Shown: one piece after another, positions 33,818-42,547 of the stretch | Layout of the letters: each line of letters opens with the position of its first letter | Position numbering within the stretch: the stretch's first letter is position 1 | Assembly: GCA_046262515.1 (NCBI GenBank) | Contig: JBHEMP010000064.1 | Location: 1 to 49,305 of the forward strand | Length of the DNA: 49,305 bases | Source: Candidatus Dormibacteria bacterium | GTDB taxonomy: Bacteria > Chloroflexota > Dormibacteria > DASZGP01 | Reading direction: 5' to 3' | Position numbers and translations under genes: made by a program | Notes under the pieces: generated by a model | The model's input: only the letters and a program-made list of their open reading frames with translations | What the model was told of the DNA's origin: nothing | The model's database searches: none

Positions 33818-35026
33818 CTAGGTCGCGCGGTTGCCGGAGATCGCGCGGCTGATGACCAGGCGCTGGATCTCGGAGGTGCCCTCAAAGATGGTGTAGATCT
33901 TGGCGTCGCGGTGCATCCGCTCCACGGGGTAATCGCGCATGTAGCCGTACCCGCCGAGGATCTGGATCGCCTGCTCGGTCACCCAGACGGCGGTCTCGCC
34001 AGCCTTGAGCTTGGACATCGAGCCCTGGCCTTTGTCGAACTCCTTGCCCTGCTTGGCCATCCAGGCGGCGTGCCAGACCAGCATCCGGCTGGCCTCGATC
34101 TCGGTGCACATGTCGGCAAGCTTGAAGGCGATGGCCTGGTTGTCGAAGATCGGGCGACCGAAGGCTGTCCGCTCCTTGGCATACTGCAGCGAATACTCGT
34201 AGGCCGCGCGGGCGATCCCCACGGCCTGCGCGCCGACCAGTGGGCGGGTCATCTCGAAGGTCCGCATCGCACCCGAGCCCTTGCCGACGTGGCCTTCCCT
34301 GGCCTTCGCGAGACGGTCGTTGAGCTTGTCCTCGCCGCCGAGGAGATAGTCGGCCGGGATACGGCAACCGTCGAGGATGACCTCGGCGGTGTGCGAGGCG
34401 CGGATGCCCATCTTCTTGTGCTTGGCGCCCTGGGAGATGCCCTTGACCCCCTTGGGAATCACAAAAGTCGCCTGGCCCTTGGCTCCGAGCTCGGGATCCA
34501 CGGACGCAACCACGACGTGGGTGTCGGCGATCCCGCCGTTGGTGATGAACACCTTGGTCCCGTTCAGGACCCAGTCGCTTCCGTCCCGCTTGGCGGTGGT
34601 CTTCAGCGAGCGGACGTCGGAACCGGCGTTCGGCTCGGTCACCGCGAAGGCGCCCAGCTTGATCTCCTTGGGGGTGCCGTAGCACTCCGGGACCCACGTC
34701 ATGACCTGGTCGGGCGTGCCGGCCGCGAAAATGCCGGCGGCCGCCAGCGAGGACCCCATGATCGCCAGGCCGATGCCCGCATCCCCCCAGAAGAGCTCTT
34801 CCTGCGCGATCGGCCCCAGCAGGCCGCTCTCGTCAGGGCCGGCGAAGGTCTGCTGCAGGAAGTCGAGGGAGTAAATGCCAACCTCCGCGGCCTCCTGGAT
34901 GATGGGCCACGGCATCTCTTCCTTCTCGTCCCACTCCTCGGCGGCGGGCCGGATCCTCTTGACAGCGAATTCGTGGATCCACTGCTTCATCTCCAGTTGC
35001 TCGGCGCTCAGTTCAAAGCTGACCAT
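33818..35026 (-). CDS. Acyl-CoA dehydrogenase
   Basis: Family motifs FAVTEPNAGSD, FITNGGIAD and ILGGYGYMRDYPVERMHRDAKIYTIFEGTSEIQR are present. I prefer ATG 35026, which has GGAGG 5 nt upstream, over the track start at 35095. Confidence 0.9.
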   Translation of the reverse strand: MVSFELSAEQLEMKQWIHEFAVKRIRPAAEEWDEKEEMPWPIIQEAAEVGIYSLDFLQQTFAGPDESGLLGPIAQEELFWGDAGIGLAIMGSSLAAAGIFAAGTPDQVMTWVPECYGTPKEIKLGAFAVTEPNAGSDVRSLKTTAKRDGSDWVLNGTKVFITNGGIADTHVVVASVDPELGAKGQATFVIPKGVKGISQGAKHKKMGIRASHTAEVILDGCRIPADYLLGGEDKLNDRLAKAREGHVGKGSGAMRTFEMTRPLVGAQAVGIARAAYEYSLQYAKERTAFGRPIFDNQAIAFKLADMCTEIEASRMLVWHAAWMAKQGKEFDKGQGSMSKLKAGETAVWVTEQAIQILGGYGYMRDYPVERMHRDAKIYTIFEGTSEIQRLVISRAISGNRAT

Positions 35027-35173
35027 TGATCCTCCAAGGGTTCCCCCGGGGACTCGAGTGGCCCCCGCCGGGGATATAACTGACGCCGGCGTCATGACGC
35101 ATTGCGTTGTGCCCAGACTAGACCGGCCGGCTCGAAAAAAGCAACCCGTCCGCGCAACTCATAATGCACCTGT

Positions 35174-35677
35174 ATGGCGGAACCCACACAACAGAAGCGC
35201 GCCCGGGCAATCGCCATGACGGACGCCGAGCGCGATGCCTTCCTGGCGACCGAGGTGGTTGCCCGCGTGGCCACCGTCCAGGCCGATGGCTCGCCCCACG
35301 TCACGCCGATCTGGTTCGTATGGGACGGCAGCGCGATCTGGCTGTACTCGATCACCCGGAGTCAGCGCTGGACCAACATCCAGCGCGACCCGAGGGTGTC
35401 GCTGGTGGTCGACGCGGGCGGGGCGGAGTACTTTCAGCTGCGCGGCGTCGAGTTCATCGGCACCGTGGAGCAGGTCGGCGAGCAGCCCCGCGTGGGCAAC
35501 CCGGAGCCCGAACTCGAGCTCCCCGAGCGACTGTTCGCGCAGCGCTACCTGGGGGCGGAGGCGATGAGCTCGCACGATGGCCGCCACGCGTGGCTGCGAC
35601 TGATACCGACAAAGATCGTGAGCTGGGACTTCAGGAAGTTGAGCGGCACGGAGACGATCACCAACCCCAACCGATAG
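35174..35677 (+). CDS. Pyridoxamine 5'-phosphate oxidase-family (PPOX-class, possibly F420-dependent) protein
   Basis: The segment FLATEVVARVATVQADGSPHVTPIWFVWDGSAIWLYS…RDPRVSLVVD is a typical split-barrel PPOX pattern. Confidence 0.85.
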   Translation: MAEPTQQKRARAIAMTDAERDAFLATEVVARVATVQADGSPHVTPIWFVWDGSAIWLYSITRSQRWTNIQRDPRVSLVVDAGGAEYFQLRGVEFIGTVEQVGEQPRVGNPEPELELPERLFAQRYLGAEAMSSHDGRHAWLRLIPTKIVSWDFRKLSGTETITNPNR

Positions 35678-35797
35678 ACCTGTCTCTCTAAGGGTCCTCT
35701 CAGGACGCCCTCAACTAAACCCCGCAGCCTTCCCCTGACGATGAGCGCAAGCCAGTCGACTCGGCTCCCATCAGCAGGATTCAAAGGAGACACCAAG

Positions 35798-36463
35798 ATG
35801 TTCAGGACCACCGCCGCCAGGGCCCTCATCGCGGCCGCCGCGCTCGCCGCCGTCGGCGGCGGCACAGCGCTTGCCGCCACCCCCAGCGCAACCAGCCAGA
35901 ATGCCGCCGCCGGCGCGCACGCCCGGCACAGGGACGCGGATGTCCGCCACGGCGTCATCACCGCCGTCTCTGACTCGAGCATGACGATCGAGCACTCCGC
36001 CCGCGACAAGGCGACCAAAGAGGTCAAGAAGGATGACCTGACCTTCAAGATCACGCCGCAGACGCTTGTCTACCATGCCGGCAGCAAGGACCAGGTTGGG
36101 CATGACGCCCTCAAGGTCGGTGAGCGGGTGCGGGTTCGGTTCGCGGAGACCAGCGGGCAGAAGACCGCGACCCGCATCGTCATCGAGCGCGATGTCCGCG
36201 CCGGCAAAGTCGTGTCGAAGGGAGATCACTCCTTCGTGGTCCACACCGCCAAACGGGGCGACGTGACCGTCACTGTCACCGACGACACCAAATACACGAC
36301 GGGGCGCAAGAAGGATCGCCGCGCCGGCAGCTTCGCGGATCTCAAGGTGGGCGACCGCGTGACGGCCCTCGGCGAAGAGGATTCGAAGCAGAATTTCGAC
36401 GCCGTCGCAGTCCGGTACAACGCCCCGGCTGAACACAGGGGTTCCGCTCCCGCGGCTCACTGA
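35798..36463 (+). CDS. Secreted protein with repeated small beta-barrel (DUF5666-like) modules
   Basis: RBS AAGGAGA 7 nt before ATG 35798. Signal peptide MFRTTAARALIAAAALAAVGGGTALAA. Three similar modules are present (GVITAVSDSSMTIEH… / GKVVSKGDHSFVVHT… / LKVGDRVTALGE…). Confidence 0.6.
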   Translation: MFRTTAARALIAAAALAAVGGGTALAATPSATSQNAAAGAHARHRDADVRHGVITAVSDSSMTIEHSARDKATKEVKKDDLTFKITPQTLVYHAGSKDQVGHDALKVGERVRVRFAETSGQKTATRIVIERDVRAGKVVSKGDHSFVVHTAKRGDVTVTVTDDTKYTTGRKKDRRAGSFADLKVGDRVTALGEEDSKQNFDAVAVRYNAPAEHRGSAPAAH

Positions 36464-36523
36464 CCTCTCCCTCCGGGGCCCGTTTCGCCTTTACAAGGAG
36501 GATCCACCCGGTTTAATCCGCCC

Positions 36524-37684
36524 ATGACCGGCACCACAGGCGACTGGGGCCTGCTCCCAGGGGGGCCGGCCTCCCGCGCCCTGGGGGTGCCAACGGAGAG
36601 TCGCGAGAAGCTCACATCGCTACGGGCGGCAATGGGTGAGGCCGACGTGGATGCGGTTTACCTCGAGGACTGGGCCAACGTGGCCTGGCTGTGCGGCGGG
36701 CGGGGCAACCGCGTGGTACTGGATGAGCCCACCGGCCTCTGCGGCATCCTGGTCGGCCACAACGGCGCCTGGCTGCTGGTTGCCAACAACGAGGAGGCCA
36801 GGTGCCGGGCGGAGGCCTTCCGGGGCCTCGACCTGCCGGTGATCGTGCAGCCCTGGTACCGCATGCCGCTCTTCCTTGCCTCGCGACCGCTCCTGCCGCC
36901 CGGGGCCGTGATCATCGCGGACGTTGCCGTCGACGGCGAGCAACCCGGCGCGGCGGCGCTGTTGTCGAAGCTTCGGGCCCGGCTCGGGGAAGCAGAGATG
37001 GAGCGCTACCGCGCCCTGGGCCAGGATGCGGCGACGGCGCTTGAGGCAGCGGTCACCGAGGCACGACCCACCTGGACCGAACTGGAGGTCGCGGGCACCA
37101 TCGCCGCTGCCCTCAAGGCGTACGACATCGAGGGAAAGGTGATCCTTGTCGGGAACTTGGAGCGCGCCGAGACGTTCCGCCATTTCGTCCCCACCGGCGC
37201 CGGGGTCGACAGGGGCTTCGTCGCATCGATCACGGCCACCCGCCATGGGCTGCACGCCTCCTGTACGCGAACAATCGCGTTCCAGGCCCCTCCACCGCTA
37301 TTGGCGGAACGCCTCGAGGTCGTCCTTGACGTGGACCGGGTTTACCTGACGGGGAGCCGCCCGGGGGCACGGCTTGACCAACTGCTGGACGCCGGCGCGC
37401 GCACGTATGCACGACACGGTTTCTACGACGAATGGAAGGAGCACCACCAGGGAGGCACCACAGGGTATGGCGGACGGGAGAGCTTCGCGATCCCGGGGAA
37501 TGACTACGTGCTGGAGGCGGGCAACGCTGTGGCCTGGAACCCCACGGTTCCCGGCGCTAAATCCGAGGACACCTTCGCGGTGCACGCCGCGGGCCTGGAG
37601 TGGCTGACCCGCGCGCCCGGGTCCGAGTGGCCCCTAGACGAGGGCGATGGGAAGCTGCCCCGTCCCCGCCTCAACGTGCTCTGA
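36524..37684 (+). CDS. M24-family metallopeptidase (Xaa-Pro peptidase/creatinase-like)
   Basis: An N-terminal creatinase-like domain is followed by a C-terminal pita-bread segment …HHQGGTTGYGGRESFAIPGNDYVLEAGNAVAWNPTVPGAKSEDTFAV…. Confidence 0.8.
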   Translation: MTGTTGDWGLLPGGPASRALGVPTESREKLTSLRAAMGEADVDAVYLEDWANVAWLCGGRGNRVVLDEPTGLCGILVGHNGAWLLVANNEEARCRAEAFRGLDLPVIVQPWYRMPLFLASRPLLPPGAVIIADVAVDGEQPGAAALLSKLRARLGEAEMERYRALGQDAATALEAAVTEARPTWTELEVAGTIAAALKAYDIEGKVILVGNLERAETFRHFVPTGAGVDRGFVASITATRHGLHASCTRTIAFQAPPPLLAERLEVVLDVDRVYLTGSRPGARLDQLLDAGARTYARHGFYDEWKEHHQGGTTGYGGRESFAIPGNDYVLEAGNAVAWNPTVPGAKSEDTFAVHAAGLEWLTRAPGSEWPLDEGDGKLPRPRLNVL

Positions 37685-39598
37685 GGCCGGCGGCGGCAGG
37701 ACCACGCGGTGCCAGCGGGCATCGAAGACCTTGGAACCCTCCTCACCGGCGGTGAAATACAGGACCTGACGGGCCTCTGCCTCAAGCAACTGCAGCAACT
37801 CAACGCGACGGCGGTCGTCGGCCAGTGCCAGGGCGTCGTCGAGGAACATCGGGAGTTGCTCGGTTGAGGCACTCATGACCTCCAGCAGGCCCAGGCGAAG
37901 GAGAAGGTAGACCTGCTGCTGGGTACCACGGCTGAGTTGCGAGATCTCAACCAGCGAGCCTGTCTCCGGGGCGCGGAGCAGTACCTCGAACCTGTCATTC
38001 ACCACGGCCGCCGTGTAACGCCCACCAGTGATGCGGGCCAGGTCGCGGCCAAGGTATTCCTGCAGGCGCGGGGCGTAGTTCCGGCGGATCTCCTCGGCGG
38101 CGACCCGCAGCGTCGATGCCCCCAGGCTCGCCGCGGTGCCAAAGCGTGCCAGGGCGTCAAGCGCGGCGTGGAGGTGGGCGACCCGTTCCTCCAGCGGCGC
38201 CACCTCCGGGACCAGCAGGGAAGCGCGCCGGTATGAGGACCGCTCGCCTTCCAGCTGCAGTTGCAGCCGCCGCTGCCGTTCTTCGGCGGCGCGCAGGCGG
38301 AGCTGGTGCTCGTCACCGCCTCCAGAGGAAGCCGCGACCAGGCCCGTGAGTTCGCGGCGCAGCTGGTCCACGCCGCGCTGCTGGACAGCATGGTCCCGAC
38401 GAGCTCGCTCCGCATCAAGGGCAGTCATCAGGCGGGTGCGGTCGGGGAATGTCAGCTCACCTACCTCGAGCGGCGAATCGAGGATGGCGCGCCCGCGGGT
38501 GAGGAGGACAACGGCGATCCCGGCGAGGATGATGCCGGCGATCCCGACGAATACCACGGCCCCCAGGATCCCGACCACGAGCAGTACCACGCCCAGGGCC
38601 GCGGCGGCCCAGCCTGCCACGGCGGACCGGTCGATCACAGGCCGGGTGGGGGCAGGGGCCACAAGGATCTGCCGCGCCCGTTCAACCTCATCATCGGACC
38701 ACGGCCGCGAGCCCGCCGATCCGGCCGACGCCGCTGCGACTGTCGCCAGCCGCGCCGCGGCCTCGGCGAGCCTCAGCTCGGCCTCCGCCAGTCGACCCTC
38801 GGCCCGGTCCACCTCGCTTCGGAGTCCTCGCCGTTGCGCCGCTCGCTTCTCCTCCGCCGCCTGGAGCAGCGCAAGTTCCTCGCGCACCGACGCCAGCTCC
38901 GCTTCTGTGCCCGCGATCGCGGCAACCTCGGTCTCAAGGGCAGCACGCGCGGCCGTCGCCGACGCCAGCTCGCCGTCGGCCTCCCCCAGCGCGCGGGCGA
39001 GCTCATTGTGCCGGGTCGCGGAGTTGGAGCGGGGCGAGGTGGCCTGGCGGGCGGCGTCCTCAAGCCTGGACAGAGCCTGCTCGACCATCACCTCCACGCC
39101 GGAGTCGGTGAGGCGCAGGAGCGCCTGGCGGATCTCCGCCTCGTCCGACAGGCGGGCCAGCTGACCCTCCCCGACGACAGTAACCTGGCGGAAAACCGCG
39201 GACGGCAGGGCGAGCAGCCTCTCCCCCACGTCGAGCCAGCCATGCGTGCCCGGCGAGAAGTCAGCGGTTACATCCTCACCCGCACGGTGATCGATGACAC
39301 GGGTACGCTCGGCGGAAAAATCCCAGTCGACCTCCAGCTCGCGGCCACCATCAAGCTGCAGGCGGAGAACCAGGGCGGCGGCCTCGCCGGTCCAGGGCGC
39401 CACGCTCCGTAGCGCGGTGGCATGGCCGCTGCCACGGCGGGCCGGCGCCAGTCCGTACAGCGCGGTGAGCAGTGCTTCCACGACCGTGGATTTGCCGGCC
39501 TCGTTCGGGCCCACGATGAGCACCCGATCGTGGTTGAGGTCCAGGGTCAGGTTGCGCAGGCGGCGGAATCCACGGACACGCAACTCCAGCAGTCTCAC
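37634..39598 (-). CDS. SbcC/Rad50-like AAA ATPase with a central transmembrane hairpin (YhaN/SbcE-like)
   Basis: The N-terminus is MRLLELRVRGFRRLRNLTLDL…LIVGPNEAGKSTVVEAL. Long coiled coils are present. The mid-protein stretch AVAGWAAAALGVVLLVVGILGAVVFVGIAGIILAGIAVVLL is hydrophobic. The C-terminal signature and Walker B read LSRGTQQQVYLLLRL…MFLDDALALAD. Confidence 0.8.
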   Translation of the reverse strand: MRLLELRVRGFRRLRNLTLDLNHDRVLIVGPNEAGKSTVVEALLTALYGLAPARRGSGHATALRSVAPWTGEAAALVLRLQLDGGRELEVDWDFSAERTRVIDHRAGEDVTADFSPGTHGWLDVGERLLALPSAVFRQVTVVGEGQLARLSDEAEIRQALLRLTDSGVEVMVEQALSRLEDAARQATSPRSNSATRHNELARALGEADGELASATAARAALETEVAAIAGTEAELASVREELALLQAAEEKRAAQRRGLRSEVDRAEGRLAEAELRLAEAAARLATVAAASAGSAGSRPWSDDEVERARQILVAPAPTRPVIDRSAVAGWAAAALGVVLLVVGILGAVVFVGIAGIILAGIAVVLLTRGRAILDSPLEVGELTFPDRTRLMTALDAERARRDHAVQQRGVDQLRRELTGLVAASSGGGDEHQLRLRAAEERQRRLQLQLEGERSSYRRASLLVPEVAPLEERVAHLHAALDALARFGTAASLGASTLRVAAEEIRRNYAPRLQEYLGRDLARITGGRYTAAVVNDRFEVLLRAPETGSLVEISQLSRGTQQQVYLLLRLGLLEVMSASTEQLPMFLDDALALADDRRRVELLQLLEAEARQVLYFTAGEEGSKVFDARWHRVVLPPPASEHVEAGTGQLPIALV

Positions 39599-40692
39599 GC
39601 GGGCACCCGGAGCGCGCCGTCGAAGGCTTCAGCAACCAGCTGCGCCGCCTGGCGGGCGTCCTCTGAGCCATCCGCCAGGAGGTGCGCCACTGCGGCGCCA
39701 CGGGCCGTTGGCTCGCGCGCGAGTTCGGTGAGGTCGACCTCCGGTACCGTGGCATCCGCGACGCTCAGGCCAAGCACCGCGTCGCACCATTGCGATGCGA
39801 GAGCCGCGGGGTCGATCGAAAGGCTTCGCTGCCTCCGGCCGTGGAGACGGACGGTGACCAGCGCACGGTCGGCCTCGAGCAGCGACACCGCCACCCCGAC
39901 CGAGGCGGCGAGCGCGGACGAGTCCGAAATCTCGGTGACATCGACGGGGACCGTCTGGAAATGCGCCAGCCCCGGCGACACGGGCGTGGTGCTCACACAC
40001 CCGTCGACGATGTCTACCCAGAGCGCGCCGTGCAGGCCGTTGACCTCGGAGGGGTCCAGCGGCACCGGGGTGCCCGGCCACGAGAGCCGCGCCCCCGCCG
40101 CGCCGGCGTGAACGTGGCCCATCAGCGCGTGCTCGAACCCGAGGCGGTCGAGGTCGGCGGCGCGCAGTCCGAGGCCACCCCAGCGAAAGCCGGGGGCGGC
40201 CAGGTCCATGTCCACTCCGTGGACCAAGAGCAGCCGGGGCCGCCGGTCTTCACCGCGCGCGGGGACGCGGTCAAGCACGGAGCTCGGTAGGTCCTTGCCC
40301 GTATAGCCCAAGCCGACGACGACCGCATCCCGGAGGTCCACCACCGTGGGCTTGGGCTCAAGCGCGAGAACCACATTGGAGGGCCACTGCGCGACGCGGT
40401 ACGGCGAGGCGGACGTAGCCGGGTCGTGGTTCCCCGAGGAGACCAGCACGGGGCAGCCCAGGCGCCCGAGCTGCCGAGTGATGAACGCCACTGTGTCAGC
40501 GGTGACGTGCTCCTGCTCAAAGAGGTCGCCGGCAATGAGCAGGGCGTCGGCACTCTCGGCCGCCGCCAGGTCCACGGCCCATTCCAGGGAGCGGCGGAGT
40601 AACCGTCGCCGTTCGGCGCCGTCGCAGCCGGCGAAGGCCAGCCCGCCAAAGGCGCGGTCGAGGTGCAGGTCGGCGATATGAAGGAGACGCAT
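39595..40692 (-). CDS. Calcineurin-like metallophosphoesterase, SbcD/Mre11-like exonuclease (YhaO/SbcF-like)
   Basis: Motifs MRLLHIADLHLD, LLIAGDLFE, VLVSSGNHD and LLLVHG…MGHVH are present. I start at ATG 40692 rather than the track's 40899, which overlaps the upstream gene. A 4-nt overlap links it to the ATPase gene. Confidence 0.85.
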   Translation of the reverse strand: MRLLHIADLHLDRAFGGLAFAGCDGAERRRLLRRSLEWAVDLAAAESADALLIAGDLFEQEHVTADTVAFITRQLGRLGCPVLVSSGNHDPATSASPYRVAQWPSNVVLALEPKPTVVDLRDAVVVGLGYTGKDLPSSVLDRVPARGEDRRPRLLLVHGVDMDLAAPGFRWGGLGLRAADLDRLGFEHALMGHVHAGAAGARLSWPGTPVPLDPSEVNGLHGALWVDIVDGCVSTTPVSPGLAHFQTVPVDVTEISDSSALAASVGVAVSLLEADRALVTVRLHGRRQRSLSIDPAALASQWCDAVLGLSVADATVPEVDLTELAREPTARGAAVAHLLADGSEDARQAAQLVAEAFDGALRVPA

Positions 40693-40702
40693 CCTGGGCG
40701 AC

Positions 40703-41611
40703 TCAGGCCAGGCGCGGCGGCGGGTCCAGGCCAACATCCAGCTGGCGAAGAAGGGCGGTGTAGTCGGCGCGGCCGTGGCCCGCGTCCTGCAGGGCGCTGA
40801 AGAGTTCAATCGCGAGGTCGTTGAAACGTGTCTCAGCGCCGACTTCGGCGGCCAGTTCGGCGGCCAGGCGGAGGTCCTTGGCGAGAAGGTCCGTGGCAAA
40901 GCCGGGCTCGAAATTACCGGACAGGCCGCGCAGCGACATCTGGCCCGACAGCTGGGCGCTGGCGCCGCTGCTTACGGACACCACCTCCACCAGCGTCGCC
41001 AGGGGAACGCCCGCGCGCACGCCAACCAGGAGCGCCTCCATGGTCGCCGCGGAGATGGCACCGACCAGCATGTTGTTGACCAGCTTGACCACCTGGCCTG
41101 AACCCGCCGGGCCGACGTGGAAGAGGCGTTCGGGCGCGCCCATTGCGGAAAAGAGGGCGCGGCAGCGCTCGAAAATATGCACCTCTCCTCCGACCATGAT
41201 GGACAGCGTGCCCGCCTCGGCGCCGTGGGACCCGCCGCTGACCGGGGCGTCGAGAAACCCGACACCCGCGCGCTCAGCCTCGGAATGGAGCCGGCGGCTG
41301 GTCGCCGGCGCGACCGTGCTCATGTCCACCAGGATGGAACCCCGGGGCATGGCGGCAAGGACGCCGCCCGTTCCCAGGGCCAGGTCCTCAACATCGGTCG
41401 AGGTGGTCACCATCGTCACGACGAAGTCGGCGTCCGAGGCCACCGCGGCCGGGCTGCTCCGCATCTCGAGACCGGCGGCGCCGGCGCGTGCGACGGTCTC
41501 CCCGCGGCGGGCCCAGCCTGCGACCGTAAAGCCGTTGGCCCGCAGGTGGCGGGCCATCGGCAGCCCCATCACGCCAAGGCCGATGAACCCGACCCGCGGC
41601 CCGGACGGCAA
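40703..41611 (-). CDS. NAD(P)-dependent 3-hydroxyisobutyrate/6-phosphogluconate dehydrogenase-family oxidoreductase
   Basis: Rossmann motif VGFIGLGVMGLPMARHL and family motifs FLDAPVSGG and VKLVNNML are present. Confidence 0.9.
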   Translation of the reverse strand: MPSGPRVGFIGLGVMGLPMARHLRANGFTVAGWARRGETVARAGAAGLEMRSSPAAVASDADFVVTMVTTSTDVEDLALGTGGVLAAMPRGSILVDMSTVAPATSRRLHSEAERAGVGFLDAPVSGGSHGAEAGTLSIMVGGEVHIFERCRALFSAMGAPERLFHVGPAGSGQVVKLVNNMLVGAISAATMEALLVGVRAGVPLATLVEVVSVSSGASAQLSGQMSLRGLSGNFEPGFATDLLAKDLRLAAELAAEVGAETRFNDLAIELFSALQDAGHGRADYTALLRQLDVGLDPPPRLA

Positions 41612-41616
41612 GCTGA

Positions 41617-42474
41617 CTAGGAGTAGAAGGCGGCCCCCAGCAGCTGCCGGGGAGCGGCGCCGCTGACGAGGATGTCGTGGAACCCGGGGACCGTGAACGT
41701 GAAGGCCTGTGGGGCCGGGCTGCCGACGGGCGCGACATCTGAGTCGAACTTGATGGTGCCACCCTGCAGGGTGGCCGCGCCCTCAGGTGCGGTGTAGATG
41801 ACGATGCCGTCCCTGGTAGTGGCCCATCCCGAGCCGCTGCGATTGACGCAGTAGGTGTGCGAGCCGGCCCCGGGGTCGGAACCGAGCACCCCGTTCCTCT
41901 GGGTGCCGTTGCTGTTCTGGATCGACCCGAATTCGTGGCGGCCGGCGGCATCGCGGACATAGCCCGCGGAGACGATCTTGCCATCCGGGAACTGCACCCC
42001 CACGAAGAAGACTCCCTCGTACCCCCCGGGGAAGGACTGCGTGCTCTCGTTGATCCCGGCGCAGACCCCGGACGCGGTTTCCCTCGAGTCCGTGGCGTGG
42101 GCGACGAACGCGCGCGGGCCGCAGTAGTTGTAGGAGCGACCGGCAGAGATCTCGGGTGGCGTGCCGGAGCCGCCCGACGGCGACAGGGCGCAGGCATCTG
42201 CGGTTCCACCGTTGGCAGTGGGAGCAGGCGCCGGGGCCGTGGTCGGAGCCACCGACGGCGCCGGCTCGGGGGAAGCGGGGGTGCTCGGGCTGGCCGAGGG
42301 CGAGGCGGAGGCCGTGGCGCTCGGGCTGGGACTGGGGCTGAGGGTGGGGCTTGGGCTGGCGGTGGCCGTGGCTTTCTCTTTGCTGCTTCGTGAGCTGTTC
42401 ACGGCCACCGCCGAGCCCACGCCCAGAACAAGGACGACCACGACAAGGAGGACCTGGACGCCCCTATTTCCCAT
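41617..42474 (-). CDS. Membrane-anchored exported protein with a Ser/Pro/Ala/Thr linker and a Cys-containing C-terminal domain of about 200 aa
   Basis: TM anchor VQVLLVVVVLVLGVGSAVAV, then the linker ASPSPTLSPSPSPSATASASPSASPSTPASPEPAPS, then a globular domain. I prefer ATG 42474. The track start at 42564 would overlap the divergent malic enzyme start. Confidence 0.6.
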   Translation of the reverse strand: MGNRGVQVLLVVVVLVLGVGSAVAVNSSRSSKEKATATASPSPTLSPSPSPSATASASPSASPSTPASPEPAPSVAPTTAPAPAPTANGGTADACALSPSGGSGTPPEISAGRSYNYCGPRAFVAHATDSRETASGVCAGINESTQSFPGGYEGVFFVGVQFPDGKIVSAGYVRDAAGRHEFGSIQNSNGTQRNGVLGSDPGAGSHTYCVNRSGSGWATTRDGIVIYTAPEGAATLQGGTIKFDSDVAPVGSPAPQAFTFTVPGFHDILVSGAAPRQLLGAAFYS

Positions 42475-42547
42475 TCCGGCGCTGATTCTACACAGGGCCC
42501 CCTGCCCCTCCGCGGGCTCGCGGCGAAGGGCGCCGGTACGATTGGGC

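Noticed and set aside
40693-40899. N-terminal extension of the SbcD-like ORF (the track start at 40899)
   Set aside because: The extension overlaps the 3' end of the upstream dehydrogenase gene and reads as low-complexity Pro/Thr/Arg sequence. The metallophosphoesterase motif I (MRLLHIADLHLD) begins exactly at ATG 40692.
42161-42547. N-terminal extension of the malic enzyme ORF (607-aa track ORF)
   Set aside because: The extension is antisense to the Ser/Pro-linker protein and mirrors its low-complexity repeats (GAGAG…GLGLGL). The ACT domain starts just after ATG 42548.
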